A stretch of 64,000 nucleotides of DNA from Phycisphaeraceae bacterium (GTDB lineage: Bacteria > Planctomycetota > Phycisphaerae > Phycisphaerales > Phycisphaeraceae): NCBI GenBank assembly GCA_963674705.1, contig OY771506.1, positions 1,152,001-1,216,000 on the forward strand, in the 5' to 3' direction. Within the stretch, counting starts at the first letter, position 1. Every line of letters starts with the position of its first letter. The notes under the pieces are model-generated. The model was not told the DNA's origin and searched no databases. It worked only from the letters and a program-made list of their open reading frames with translations. Made by a program: the position numbers and the translations under genes. Below are positions 8,820 through 19,200 of this stretch, one piece after another.

Positions 8820-10727
8820 ATGGACGACACACGCACGCAACAAGCCTTGGACGAGTTGGCCGATCTGTTTCTCACAGGTCAGGGGCCGAAGTCTGCATCG
8901 GCTCAATCCGAGCCGGGTTCCCCTTCTGCTATTGATGATGAAACGGACGGTTTGAGCGGTCCTGCGCCGATCCGGCTTGGGCCCAAGCTGCGGTCGACGG
9001 CTGCGCCGCGTCCGGTTCAGCCGGTTGAGCAGGACGAGTCGGATCTGGACGAGACGCCGTTGCGTCTGCATACCGACGACGATGATGATGAACCGGTGGG
9101 CTCGATCGGTATGGATGAAGAAGATGAGTACGAGGTGTTTGAAGACGACCGTGATGCGCTGCTGGAAGAAGTAGAGCACGACGAGTTTGAAGAAGCCTCG
9201 CCCGGTTATGCCGTGGCGGTTGAGGCGGTGATCCTGGGGAATTTGCCGGGATTGAGCGGGCCGTGGTTGACGCAGTACGCGCAGTTGCTGGCTCAGCAGG
9301 AGGGGCCGGTCGCGATCCTGCATGTGGATGACGACCTGATCGACCTGGAACTGGTAGAACCGACCAGCCAGCAAGGCAGCAGCCGGGGCGTGTCGCTGCG
9401 GATGGCTCCGGGCGGCGGGAAGCTGGACCCGGTGACGGTGCTTGAAGCATTACTGGATTCAACGGACAGCGCGCCGGGGACGATCCTGGTGCATCTTGAT
9501 CCGCAGAATGATGAGCAGGGGCTTTCGCGTGCGTTAATGATCGAAGACTGGACGCTGATGAGCGGCGCGGATGACCTGGCGGTCGTCGGCGGGTACCGCA
9601 TGCTCAAGACGATGGTCGAGCAGGACCCGGCGGTCGCTTCCAAGCGTGTCGGGCTGATGGTCATGGGCTCGGACCCGCAGGTCAGCCAGGAAGCGGCGCG
9701 GAAGTTCCAGACCGCGGCCCAGAGTTTCCTGAATACGCCGGTACAGTTGCTTGGCTGGCAGAAACAGATGGTGCCGGTGAACCTGCGTCATCTCGGGCGG
9801 TTCGAGGATGTGGATTCGGCGTGGCCTCGGTTGGCGGACTGGTTCGATGCGTACGCGGCGACCGAGCCGATGGTCGTGGATCAGCCGGTGATCCAGGAAG
9901 AGCCGATCGAGCAGCCGGTGTATCGATCGACGGTCGTGCGTGAACCTAAACGTGAAGTCGAGCCTGAACCTGTCAGCGAGGTGGAAGTCGAGGAGTTGAT
10001 CGAGCAGGCAGAGCCGGAACCGATCCGCATGCCGGAGCCGGTGATCCGCAGGCCGCTACCGCGATTCGAGCCGAGATCGCGACCAGTTGCGCCGCCTGCT
10101 GCTGAGCAAGCAGAACCCGAAGTCGAAGAAGTAGAACCGCAGCCGGTCGCGCGTGAACCTGAGCCGCAGCCGGTTGAAGCGGCAACTCAACCCGCGCCAG
10201 AACCTGCGCCGCAGCCCGAACCTGAACCGGTCGTGCAGCAAGCGCCGCAGCCGGTCGCTGTTCCACCGTCGGTCGAACCCGAATACGAAGCGGAAGAATA
10301 CGAGATCGAAGAGCCGGACCTCGTTGAACTGTTGATGGCTGGTCCCGGTGCTGTGCCGGGCGGGATCGCGATGGAAGCGCGCTGCCCGCATCAGCCCAAT
10401 ACGCAACTCATGCTCGATCAGGCCGGCCGATTGCACCTGCTGTATTACCACGACTCGGAAGAATCGGGTCTTGACGGTTTGCAGCCGGCGATGGTCGATC
10501 TCTTGCAGGCCCGCAAGTGGGTGCATGAACATCTGCAACTGTTGCAACTGACCCAGCGCCAGTTGAAGTTCGATACCGATGCTGAACCTGTTTTACACCT
10601 GTTTACCGATCGCGCGGACTGGGGCACAGCCCTGGTGATGCGTGTCGGCGGATCGTTAAAGCTTCACCTGCTTCAGGCCGTCGAAGTCGGCGGCGAGGTG
10701 GCGTGGTTCTGCACACCCTTGAACTAA
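8820..10727 (+). CDS. Large acidic protein with Pro/Glu-rich low-complexity linkers, unknown function (probable ParA partner)
   Basis: Long ORF with normal codon usage directly after parA-CBM; N-terminal ALDELADLFLT; EPEP repeats; start chosen at ATG 8820 (ATG 8772 also possible). Confidence 0.75.
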   Translation: MDDTRTQQALDELADLFLTGQGPKSASAQSEPGSPSAIDDETDGLSGPAPIRLGPKLRSTAAPRPVQPVEQDESDLDETPLRLHTDDDDDEPVGSIGMDEEDEYEVFEDDRDALLEEVEHDEFEEASPGYAVAVEAVILGNLPGLSGPWLTQYAQLLAQQEGPVAILHVDDDLIDLELVEPTSQQGSSRGVSLRMAPGGGKLDPVTVLEALLDSTDSAPGTILVHLDPQNDEQGLSRALMIEDWTLMSGADDLAVVGGYRMLKTMVEQDPAVASKRVGLMVMGSDPQVSQEAARKFQTAAQSFLNTPVQLLGWQKQMVPVNLRHLGRFEDVDSAWPRLADWFDAYAATEPMVVDQPVIQEEPIEQPVYRSTVVREPKREVEPEPVSEVEVEELIEQAEPEPIRMPEPVIRRPLPRFEPRSRPVAPPAAEQAEPEVEEVEPQPVAREPEPQPVEAATQPAPEPAPQPEPEPVVQQAPQPVAVPPSVEPEYEAEEYEIEEPDLVELLMAGPGAVPGGIAMEARCPHQPNTQLMLDQAGRLHLLYYHDSEESGLDGLQPAMVDLLQARKWVHEHLQLLQLTQRQLKFDTDAEPVLHLFTDRADWGTALVMRVGGSLKLHLLQAVEVGGEVAWFCTPLN

Positions 10728-10816
10728 ACGATACATCCCTGCACCGTCTTCCTTCCTCCCACCGCACCGGATTGCCAACACCCGGCAACTTCCGGTGCCG
10801 ACGGAAATCACACGGA

Positions 10817-12637
10817 TTAACGACGGCGCAGCAGTGTCACGCCGCACATCAACATAAGTACTGCCGAAACGGGTTCGGGAATGGTAGTTATATCGGTTGC
10901 TGGGGGTGTGCCGACGTTCCAGTTGTTGAGTACGAGGTCGAGGTCTTCGAGGAAGATGTATCCGTCCCCCGACGCGTCGCCGGCTGACGAGTCGCCCGGA
11001 TCGGTGTGGGTAAGCCAGTTGTTCAGGATGATCTCCAAGTCTTCCATGCCGACGAATCCATCATGATTCAGGTCGCCGGTCAGTCCTAATTCGAAGCGGA
11101 AGATGGCTTCGTTGCCGTCGTTTATTTCAGCGTTGTATGTCAGTTGACCAAGGTCATTGATCGCGGACTTCCAGCCATTTTCCGCTCCCGCGCCTTGGTG
11201 CATGAAAAGGATATCGATCCCCCAATGTCCTTCCAGCGCGACCAGGGACAACTCCCCGTTCGGCTGGCTGACCCAGATGCTTTCCAGCGTTGCGCCATCG
11301 GGGCCGATCAGGTTGTTCTCAAAAACAATTTGTCCTGATCGGTTCATGATGGGTTCACGATAGAACTGGTTGAAGTAAAAGCCGGGGTCGGCGCCGGGCG
11401 CCGGATCACCTGCACGGACGATTAATTCCAAGGTGCCGCTACGGTTTGACCACAGGCCCGAATTATTGGTTTCATCCGTACCCGGCCCGCTAAGGCCGGC
11501 AAAGAAGGCGATCCGCCCGCGTTCATTGAGAACGGGTTCGTACAGGGCAAGCTCCCATGGGTTGGCCGGGGCGAACACCTGGCCGGGATCGGCTCCCGGG
11601 GCCTGGTCGCCCTCGCGTACTAACAGGACGTCGGCAACCGTGCTTGAAGACCAGATGCCTTCATCGTTGGTTTCATCTACACCCTCCCCGGATAATCTGG
11701 CATTAAATACAACTTGCTCGTAGTGGTTGAAACGGACCGATGAAAAGTAATCTGCGAAAACAGCGGACGTACCCGGGGCCGGGTTCCCCGTGCGTGCGAT
11801 CAGGTCCAGCGAACCCGAACGCTCGGCCCAGATGCCGGCGCTGTTGGTATCGTCGATGATTTCCAATTCTTCCGGGGCGGTGAGTGAAGCGCTGAACGCG
11901 ACTTGCCCCGACTGGTTGATGATCGGATTATCGGTGAACCCATCGAAGACAACTTCTTGCTCGGTTCCCGGCGCGTGGTTGCCTGCCCGGGCTACGACCC
12001 ATAACGAGCCGACCCCGCCCGACCAGATACCCATGTAGTTCGTCGCATCGACTCCCGGCCCTCCCAGCCTGCCTCGGAAGGCGGTTTGGCCGTTCACATT
12101 GGTTGCGAGCTTGTAATAGTTCGGGCTAAAAAACAGGCTTTTGAAGTACACACCTTCACCGGTGCCGGGGGCGTGATCGCCATCGCGAACAAGCAGGTCG
12201 AGTGAGTCATCACGCGCAATCCACAGGCCGCTGTCGTTGGATGAACTGATGTCCGGGCCGATCACCGACGCAACGAAGGCGACCTCATCGCCGTTGTAGA
12301 CCACCGGATCACTGATAAGCTGGAAAGTGATATCTTCATCTTCATCGGGGGGTGATTCACCACGCAACACCGTCTTCTCTAAAACCCCACCGCTGGTCGA
12401 CCACAAACCGAATTGGTGGCCGGTGTAAGTTGCCTTGAACGAGACTTCCCCGGTATTGCTGATTGACGGGGTGAGAAACCCGGTGAACTCAACCTCCGGA
12501 ACGCCCGGCACAGCGCGACCGGTGTAGGCAATCACTTCGCCCGGGTAGGGAACCGCGTGTGCCTCTTGCCCACTGCCTGTACCGATACAGAACAGCGCCA
12601 GGCCCATCAATGTCCTGCGAACGGATGTGTTTAACAT
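10817..12637 (-). CDS. PEP-CTERM surface protein with NxxGxxAF repeats and a dockerin-like domain
   Basis: Repeated N..G.VAF / GIW..L.ARxG..APG units; GDLNHDGFVG..DL; IPEPVSAVLMLMCGVTLLRRR; start re-assigned to ATG 12637. Confidence 0.85.
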   Translation of the reverse strand: MLNTSVRRTLMGLALFCIGTGSGQEAHAVPYPGEVIAYTGRAVPGVPEVEFTGFLTPSISNTGEVSFKATYTGHQFGLWSTSGGVLEKTVLRGESPPDEDEDITFQLISDPVVYNGDEVAFVASVIGPDISSSNDSGLWIARDDSLDLLVRDGDHAPGTGEGVYFKSLFFSPNYYKLATNVNGQTAFRGRLGGPGVDATNYMGIWSGGVGSLWVVARAGNHAPGTEQEVVFDGFTDNPIINQSGQVAFSASLTAPEELEIIDDTNSAGIWAERSGSLDLIARTGNPAPGTSAVFADYFSSVRFNHYEQVVFNARLSGEGVDETNDEGIWSSSTVADVLLVREGDQAPGADPGQVFAPANPWELALYEPVLNERGRIAFFAGLSGPGTDETNNSGLWSNRSGTLELIVRAGDPAPGADPGFYFNQFYREPIMNRSGQIVFENNLIGPDGATLESIWVSQPNGELSLVALEGHWGIDILFMHQGAGAENGWKSAINDLGQLTYNAEINDGNEAIFRFELGLTGDLNHDGFVGMEDLEIILNNWLTHTDPGDSSAGDASGDGYIFLEDLDLVLNNWNVGTPPATDITTIPEPVSAVLMLMCGVTLLRRR

Positions 12638-12765
12638 GGAAAGCCCCCATTCGATAGATGCTTGCCGGATAAACCCCGGCGGTGTAATACCAAGCCGATT
12701 GAACATCGGATCTATAAAATTGACGTTTTTAGTCTATCAAAGCATCGTCTGGATACAAGACAAAT

Positions 12766-15700
12766 TCAGCCGAACACCGGCTTCTGACCATGACGTCTCT
12801 GTATCAACCACAGATTTGTCATAGAGAATATCCCGAGTACGGCCGGTTCGGGGATATTGGCGACATCGACCGGCGGTGGTGTGCCGTTGTTCCAATTAAC
12901 GAGGATGATGTCCAGGTCATCGAGGCCGACGAAGCCGTCGCCGCTGGGATCGCCCAAGTTCCACGCGCCGGCGGTGACGTTGGTGTTCCAGTTCTTGAGA
13001 AGGATATCCAGGTCGTCGAGGCCGACGAAGCCGTCGTTGCTCAGGTCGCCTGCGAGCGTGGAGATCACTTCGAGGATGACTACCGAGCTGGTGTTGGTGA
13101 GTTGCCATTTCTGGTCGTATTCGGCGATGTCAGGCAGGCTGATGTTGTTCGGTGAATAGATGATCCCGCCGTCGGCCGAGAGGATGGTGAAGCTGTCGCC
13201 CGCGGAGGGTAAGAAGTCGTCGATCAGTGAAACACTCAGGTCGCCGTTGAGATCGGCCGAGTTGGTCACGTGGATGTGGTCGTACTCGGTGTCTTGTGTG
13301 ATGCCGCCCAGTTCGATCTCGAGCGTGCCGTCGTTGAAGGTGTAGTTCCCGTCGATGGTGGTTAAACCCGCCGACGATCCCGGCGAGAGGGTGCCGCCGT
13401 TCTGCAAGAGGTCGCCGTAGAACGTCTGGACGTGCAGGGTTCCGCCCGTGAAGCTGAAAAGGCCCGTGGCGTTATAGAAGCCGGGCGCGGTGAATGTGCC
13501 GTCGGTGAGGTTGATGGTACCGCCGTTGATCTGGAATTGGCCTCTTGCGATAAACGAAGCGCCGCTATTGATGTTGATTGTGCCGTTACTGATGACTTCG
13601 GTGTAGTCGTTGCCTGTGGTGAAAGCGGCGTTGTTCTGCACGTTCAGGATGAAGCTGCCGCCGGTGTCGGACCCGACACTTAACAGTGCACTGTCACCCT
13701 GTGTGATGTTGGTGTTGTCGCCGGTCGCGGTGAAGCTGCCGTTGACCATGTACCAGTTGCCGCCGCCGGTCATCTTGGCGCCGTTGCGGACGACGGCGCT
13801 GGCGCTGCCGCCATTTGCGCCGAAGAGGCTTGTGGTGGAGCCGGTGATGTTGAGGTTGGTTCCTGCGCCGTCGACGATCAGTGTCCCGGTTGACCCGTCG
13901 CCGAACACGATGCGGTCGGTATTCAGGTCGGCGGCGGTGTTCAGCTCCAGTATTTTGCCGTCACTGAATTCGATGCCGTTGAAGTCGGTGAGGTTGATCT
14001 GCGCGTTCGTGGTGGCGGTCAGTTTCTTACCCGTGGCGAGATTGAGGACGGCGTTATTGCTGCGTGTGTATGAACCGCCGGTGAAGGTGGTGTTGTCGTT
14101 GAGGTTGAGCGAGCCATCGGTGTGGTTGAGCGTAACGCCGGTGAAGTTGATCGGGTCGGCGGTCGGGGAGAGGTCGTTGTTGGCGTTGATGTGTCCGCTG
14201 TTGACGGTGAAGGCGCCGCCTTCGAGGGTGAGTGTGCCGTAGGTGCTGATGCCGTCGCCGCCCGCCAGCGAGATCAGTCCGCTGTTGAGTGTGAGGGAGC
14301 CGCCCGTGATGTTGATGGTTCCGCCGTTGCCGCCTATGACGTTGGTGTTGGCGCTGGATCCACCGTGGCCGCCGTCGACGCTGAGTGTGCCGCCGTTAAT
14401 CATGACGGAGCCTGCCGAGAGATGGATATCGCCGCCTTGTCCGCCGGCCCCGCCGAGGTAGTTCGCGTTGGTTATGTTCGCGGACGGTCCGCCGTTACCG
14501 CCGTCGGCAGAGAGGGTCGTGCCGGCGTTCAGCGTGATGTCGGCCCCGCTGAGATTGATCGTGCCACCGCTGCCGCCTGTCCCGCCGCGACGGCTGGTGA
14601 CAAGCGCCCTTTGTTTTCCACCCAAACCACCGTTGACGTTGAACTTCGATGTGCCCTCGAGCGTCAGCACACCGCCGGCGAGGTTGGCGGTGCCGCCTTG
14701 TCCGCCGTTGCCCGCGTTATCACTGCTGTTACTCGGGTAGTCACTGCCGCCGTACCCACCATCTAGGCGCACTTCGGAGGCGAGTGTGAGTGCGATGTTC
14801 CCGCCGGCATTCATGGTGAGGGTGCCGCCGGTGCCGCCCGCCGCGCCGTCGGCGTGTGCGGGATCGGACGAGCCGGCCCAGCCTTGTCCGCCGCTGAAGT
14901 TGATCGTGCCCCCGTCAATCATCCATGTACCGGCCGTGGTGACGGAGCCGCTGGTAGAGCCGTCCTGGTCTACCTCGGCGGACGGTGTCAGTGCGCCGAA
15001 CTGGCCGAAGGTGTTGACGTTCAGCTTTCCGTTGACTGCGATGTTTACCGTTCCGGTTGTAGAGGTGAAAAAGTCGCCGAAGTTTTGCACGTTGATGGTG
15101 GCATTGTTGGTCGCTTCCGTGCCACCGAGGGTGAGGTTTGCCCCTTCGCTCTGGATCAGCGTTGAGCTGTTGATATTGACGGTCGCGGTCGAGTCGGTGG
15201 CGGCGTAGGTGTCGTCGGCGAGGTGCAGACTGTCGATGGTCATGGCTGAGGCGGTGCTCAGGTTGATCGTGCCGGTTGAGCCGCTGCCCTGTGAAGCCAG
15301 GAAGATATCACCGGAATGGATGGTGGCCTGAGCGATATCGCTGATGGTGATAGACGCGGTACCGCCGTTGAGCCCCCAGAAAGTGGGCGAAGCATCGACG
15401 GTGAAACTCGAACCGAGGCCGTCGATGGTGACGGCGCCGTTGCTGGTTACCTCGTCGTAGGCGGTGAAGCTGCCGGCGGTGATGTTAAGGGCGCCGCCGC
15501 TATTGATGGTGGTGAGGCCGCTGACCGTAGTCGAGCCGGTGTTGTTGAATACGGCATCGCCGGTCTGTGCGATGGTTAAGGGACCGGTCACTTGCAACGA
15601 AGCGGCCTGGTTGAAGGTTGCGGCCGCGCCGCCGACGTCCGTGCCGAACTTCAGGCTTGAGACCGTGTTGGTGCCGGTCGGTGTTGCGGCGGTGAGCGTA

Positions 15701-16170
15701 AAGGCGTCCGCGGGCGCGATCAGATCGACGGCCCAGGCGCCGGCCTGGTTGTTGCCGGATTCATACATCCTCAGCCGGTAGGCATCGATGGGCAGCGGAT
15801 CGGGATTCAGCGCCGTTCCCGTGGGTTGTGTCCAGGCAATCAACGAGTCTACGCCGGATGCATCGTTGCTGTACCCGTGCAAGACGGGTGTGCTGTCGGT
15901 GAGTTCCAGGACCGAATCGATGCCCCCGGATGTAATGGCGTCGCCCGCGGCGTTGGTTCCTCCGTTGCCGGCGAAGGTAATGAACCGCATGTCTTCACTG
16001 CCGCCAACCGTTCGGGAGAGCGAGAAGTTGAAGTCGTGCATGTCGCCGGCGGCGATGAAGTCTCCCTGCAGCGAGAAGTAAGCCTGCTGCGCGGCGGCAT
16101 GTGTACCAATCAAGCCTGCTAAAAGGAAGCACCCACGATTAACAAGCCGATATTTTTTTGCGTACCCCAT
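12766..16170 (-). CDS. Large beta-helical PEP-CTERM adhesin-like protein (DVUA0089-like N-domain, Gly-rich repeats, dockerin-like domain)
   Basis: Signal peptide; TFAGNGGTNAAGD.I..GGIDS; GG.GG.GG repeats; GGTLSPGSSAG; duplicated GD.S/N.DGFVGLDDLDI; IPEPA+hydrophobic+RR. Confidence 0.85.
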   Translation of the reverse strand: MGYAKKYRLVNRGCFLLAGLIGTHAAAQQAYFSLQGDFIAAGDMHDFNFSLSRTVGGSEDMRFITFAGNGGTNAAGDAITSGGIDSVLELTDSTPVLHGYSNDASGVDSLIAWTQPTGTALNPDPLPIDAYRLRMYESGNNQAGAWAVDLIAPADAFTLTAATPTGTNTVSSLKFGTDVGGAAATFNQAASLQVTGPLTIAQTGDAVFNNTGSTTVSGLTTINSGGALNITAGSFTAYDEVTSNGAVTIDGLGSSFTVDASPTFWGLNGGTASITISDIAQATIHSGDIFLASQGSGSTGTINLSTASAMTIDSLHLADDTYAATDSTATVNINSSTLIQSEGANLTLGGTEATNNATINVQNFGDFFTSTTGTVNIAVNGKLNVNTFGQFGALTPSAEVDQDGSTSGSVTTAGTWMIDGGTINFSGGQGWAGSSDPAHADGAAGGTGGTLTMNAGGNIALTLASEVRLDGGYGGSDYPSNSSDNAGNGGQGGTANLAGGVLTLEGTSKFNVNGGLGGKQRALVTSRRGGTGGSGGTINLSGADITLNAGTTLSADGGNGGPSANITNANYLGGAGGQGGDIHLSAGSVMINGGTLSVDGGHGGSSANTNVIGGNGGTINITGGSLTLNSGLISLAGGDGISTYGTLTLEGGAFTVNSGHINANNDLSPTADPINFTGVTLNHTDGSLNLNDNTTFTGGSYTRSNNAVLNLATGKKLTATTNAQINLTDFNGIEFSDGKILELNTAADLNTDRIVFGDGSTGTLIVDGAGTNLNITGSTTSLFGANGGSASAVVRNGAKMTGGGNWYMVNGSFTATGDNTNITQGDSALLSVGSDTGGSFILNVQNNAAFTTGNDYTEVISNGTININSGASFIARGQFQINGGTINLTDGTFTAPGFYNATGLFSFTGGTLHVQTFYGDLLQNGGTLSPGSSAGLTTIDGNYTFNDGTLEIELGGITQDTEYDHIHVTNSADLNGDLSVSLIDDFLPSAGDSFTILSADGGIIYSPNNISLPDIAEYDQKWQLTNTSSVVILEVISTLAGDLSNDGFVGLDDLDILLKNWNTNVTAGAWNLGDPSGDGFVGLDDLDIILVNWNNGTPPPVDVANIPEPAVLGIFSMTNLWLIQRRHGQKPVFG

Positions 16171-16238
16171 GCCGGATAATCTCCACCTTTTCTATGACAC
16201 CACGTGTTTGAGAGCGGTGGTGTTTAGTTCGATGGCGA

Positions 16239-19200
16239 CTAATTATATTTATATTTGTGATGCCTGCGGCAACCCAGCGCGAAGCCGTTAAGCGCCAGGA
16301 TAATTGCGGTCCCGGGCTCGGGGATGCTGGTGGTGTTGATTGGCGGCGGTGTGCCGTTGTTCCAGTTGTTCAGGACGATATCTAAATCGTCGAGCCCGAC
16401 GAAGCCATCGCCGCTGGGATCGCCCTCGGTTAACGCGCCGGCGGTAACGTTCTGGTTCCAGTTGTTCAGGACGATATCCAGGTCGTCGAGGCCGACGAAG
16501 CCGTCGTTGTTCAGGTCGCCGGCGAGTGTGGAGAGCACGTCCAGCACAATGGCAGCGCCTGTATTGGTGATCTGCCACGCCTGGTTCGATGCGGAGATAT
16601 CGGGCAGGTTCAAGAGATTGAATGCGTCAATGATCCCGCCGGCGGCGGTGAGGATGGCGAAGCTGTCGCCGGGCAAGGTGGTGAATCCGTTGATCAATGA
16701 GACGTTCAGTTCGCCGTAGAGTTGGGCCATACCTGTTACATGTACGTGGTCGTACCCGGTGTCCTGTGTGATCCCGCCGATTTCGATATCGAGCACGCCG
16801 GTGTTGAAGCCGTAGTCCCCGTTGATGGTGGTCAAGCCCGCGGACGAACCGGGGGAGAGCGTGCCGCCGTCCTGTGTGAGTGTGCCATGGAAGGTTTGGA
16901 CATGCAGTGTGCCGCCGGTGAAGTCGAACGTGCCGCCGGCGGCGTTGTAGATCGAATCCGCGGTGACGGTTGCGCCGCTGTCTATCGAGACCGAACCATT
17001 GGCGAGGATATCGAGTGTTCCGTCGACCTTGAGTTCGCCGTTGTTCATCACATTCACCGTTCCATTGTCGACGCCGAGGCCCTGCTTGGCCCACCAGCGT
17101 GAGCCTGCGCCGGTGATATCAACGTTGCCGACCCTGGCGGCATCAAACGTAGAACCGACGCTGGTTGTGAAGCCCGCGGCGGTGACCTGGCCGCCGCCGG
17201 TGATCAGCAGGTTGGCAGAAGAGCCCCGGCCGACGTCGGTGTATTGGGCGGTCAGCGATTGGCCCGCGCCGATCGTCGTGGTTTTAGGTGTCGCTGAAAC
17301 CAGGTCGGCGTTGAACACACCGAAGTTCACGAAACCATTCCAGACAAGATTGGATCCGACGCCTTGCAGTTCGTTGACGCTAAGCCCGCCGCCGGACATC
17401 AGGAAGCTGCCGCCGTTGATGTTGACGGTGTCGGCTTCGATCTGCGCGGCGCTCGATACGTCGAACGTACTGCCCGTGTTCAGCGTTGCGGTGCCGTTTA
17501 TATACACCCGCGTGCCTCCTCCGGATGCGTTGAGTTTGCCCGCGCCGTTGAGTATGAGATCGCCTTTAACGTATAAGTCGCCGCCGGAGTTCACATTCAC
17601 GGTACCGGTAGCGTTGATCGTGCTGTCGCCGGTGCCGGTGGTGAAAGTGGCGTTGCTACTGATGTTCAGTTCGGCCGTTCCGCCGACGGCGTTGCCGACA
17701 ATCAACTGTGACGCACCGGTCTGGGTGATGGTTGATCCGGCGTCGGTGACGTTGACGATGCCGGTGCCGGTGTTGGTATCGAAGTGAGTGATCCGCAGGT
17801 TGTTGAGTGTGAACGAGCCGCCGGACTCCACATTGACGGTGCCGGAGGTCGAGGGCGATGTCCCGCCGGTGGACGCGACATGCAATGAGCCGGAATGAAT
17901 CGTGGCTTCGGCGTTATTGCGGACGGTTAAGTTGCCGGTTGCGCCGTACGCACCGACGTCGCTCAAGCCTGCAAGAGAATCGGTATTAATGGTGAGTGTT
18001 GATCCGCTGCCGTCCACAGTGATGGTGCCGTTTGAAGCCGAGCCAAGCCCGACATTGATCGGATTGGAAAAACTCACATCCGCGCCGGATTCCACTTTGA
18101 TCTCGCGGCTACCGTTGATGCTGTAGAAGATGCCGTTGTTACCGCCGTTGAGCGTGACCTGGGCGTCGTTGGAAGCGGTGAGTGTTTTGCCAGAGGCGAG
18201 TCGGAAGCCGTTGGTCTGAGAGTCGATCGTGCCGCCGTCGACGGTGACGTTGCCGTTGGCGTTGAAGATGCCATTGGTGTTAACGGTGACAGTGCCGGAG
18301 GGGTTGATGGCGATGTCGCCGGTGCCAGAGTTGAAGACGCCCGAGTCGTTGACGTCAAGGGTCGCGGTGCCCGTGCCGGTTCCGCCGACGGTGAGTGTGG
18401 ACGCGCCGATCTGTGTGAAGGTCGAGCCTGTGCCGGTGACGGTAACTTCACCTGATGCAGCTGAGCCTGTCGCGATGTCGAGGCGGGTGAAGGTGATGTC
18501 GCCGCCGGATTCGACGTTGATGTCGCCGAAGCTGTTGCTGTCACCGCTTGATGCCAGTGTGACACCGCCGGCGAGCGCGATGTTGGCGGATGCATTATCC
18601 AGAACATTGAGCGTGGCGGTGCCGCCGGTATTGCCCCAGAAGCTGTTGAACCCGCTGCTGACGGTGAAAGTCGAGCCGGTGCCGGTGACGGTGATCGTGC
18701 CGTCCATCCCGGTGCTGTTGCCGACGCCGAAGAAGCTTTGGTACAAGACATCCGCGCCGGACTCGACGATGAGTGTGGTGTCGTGATTGAAGGAGGTGCC
18801 GGGCGCGTGGGTGAACTGTGCGTTGTTGCGGGCGGTGATGGTTTTGCCATCCGCGAGGTTGAGGGTGCCGCTGGTGAAGTCGATGGTGCCACCGTCGATG
18901 AGGATATCGTCGTCGGCGTCGAGTGTGCCGCCGGTGATGTTGACGGTGCCGCCGCTGTTGATGGTGGTTGGTCCGCCGACGGTGATCTCGCCTTGAGCGA
19001 GGTTGAGTACGCCGTTACCGGTGTTGGCGACAACGAGTGGGCCGGCGATTTCGAGGTCGGTCAGGCCGATGTAGTCGAAGGTGGCGGCGTTGGCGCCCGC
19101 GCCGGTGGTGCCGAACTTGAGTGAATCAAGACGTGAGACACCGCCGGGATTGGCGGCATTGGGTGTGAGTTGCGTAAGCTGCAGTGCATCTGCCGGGCCG

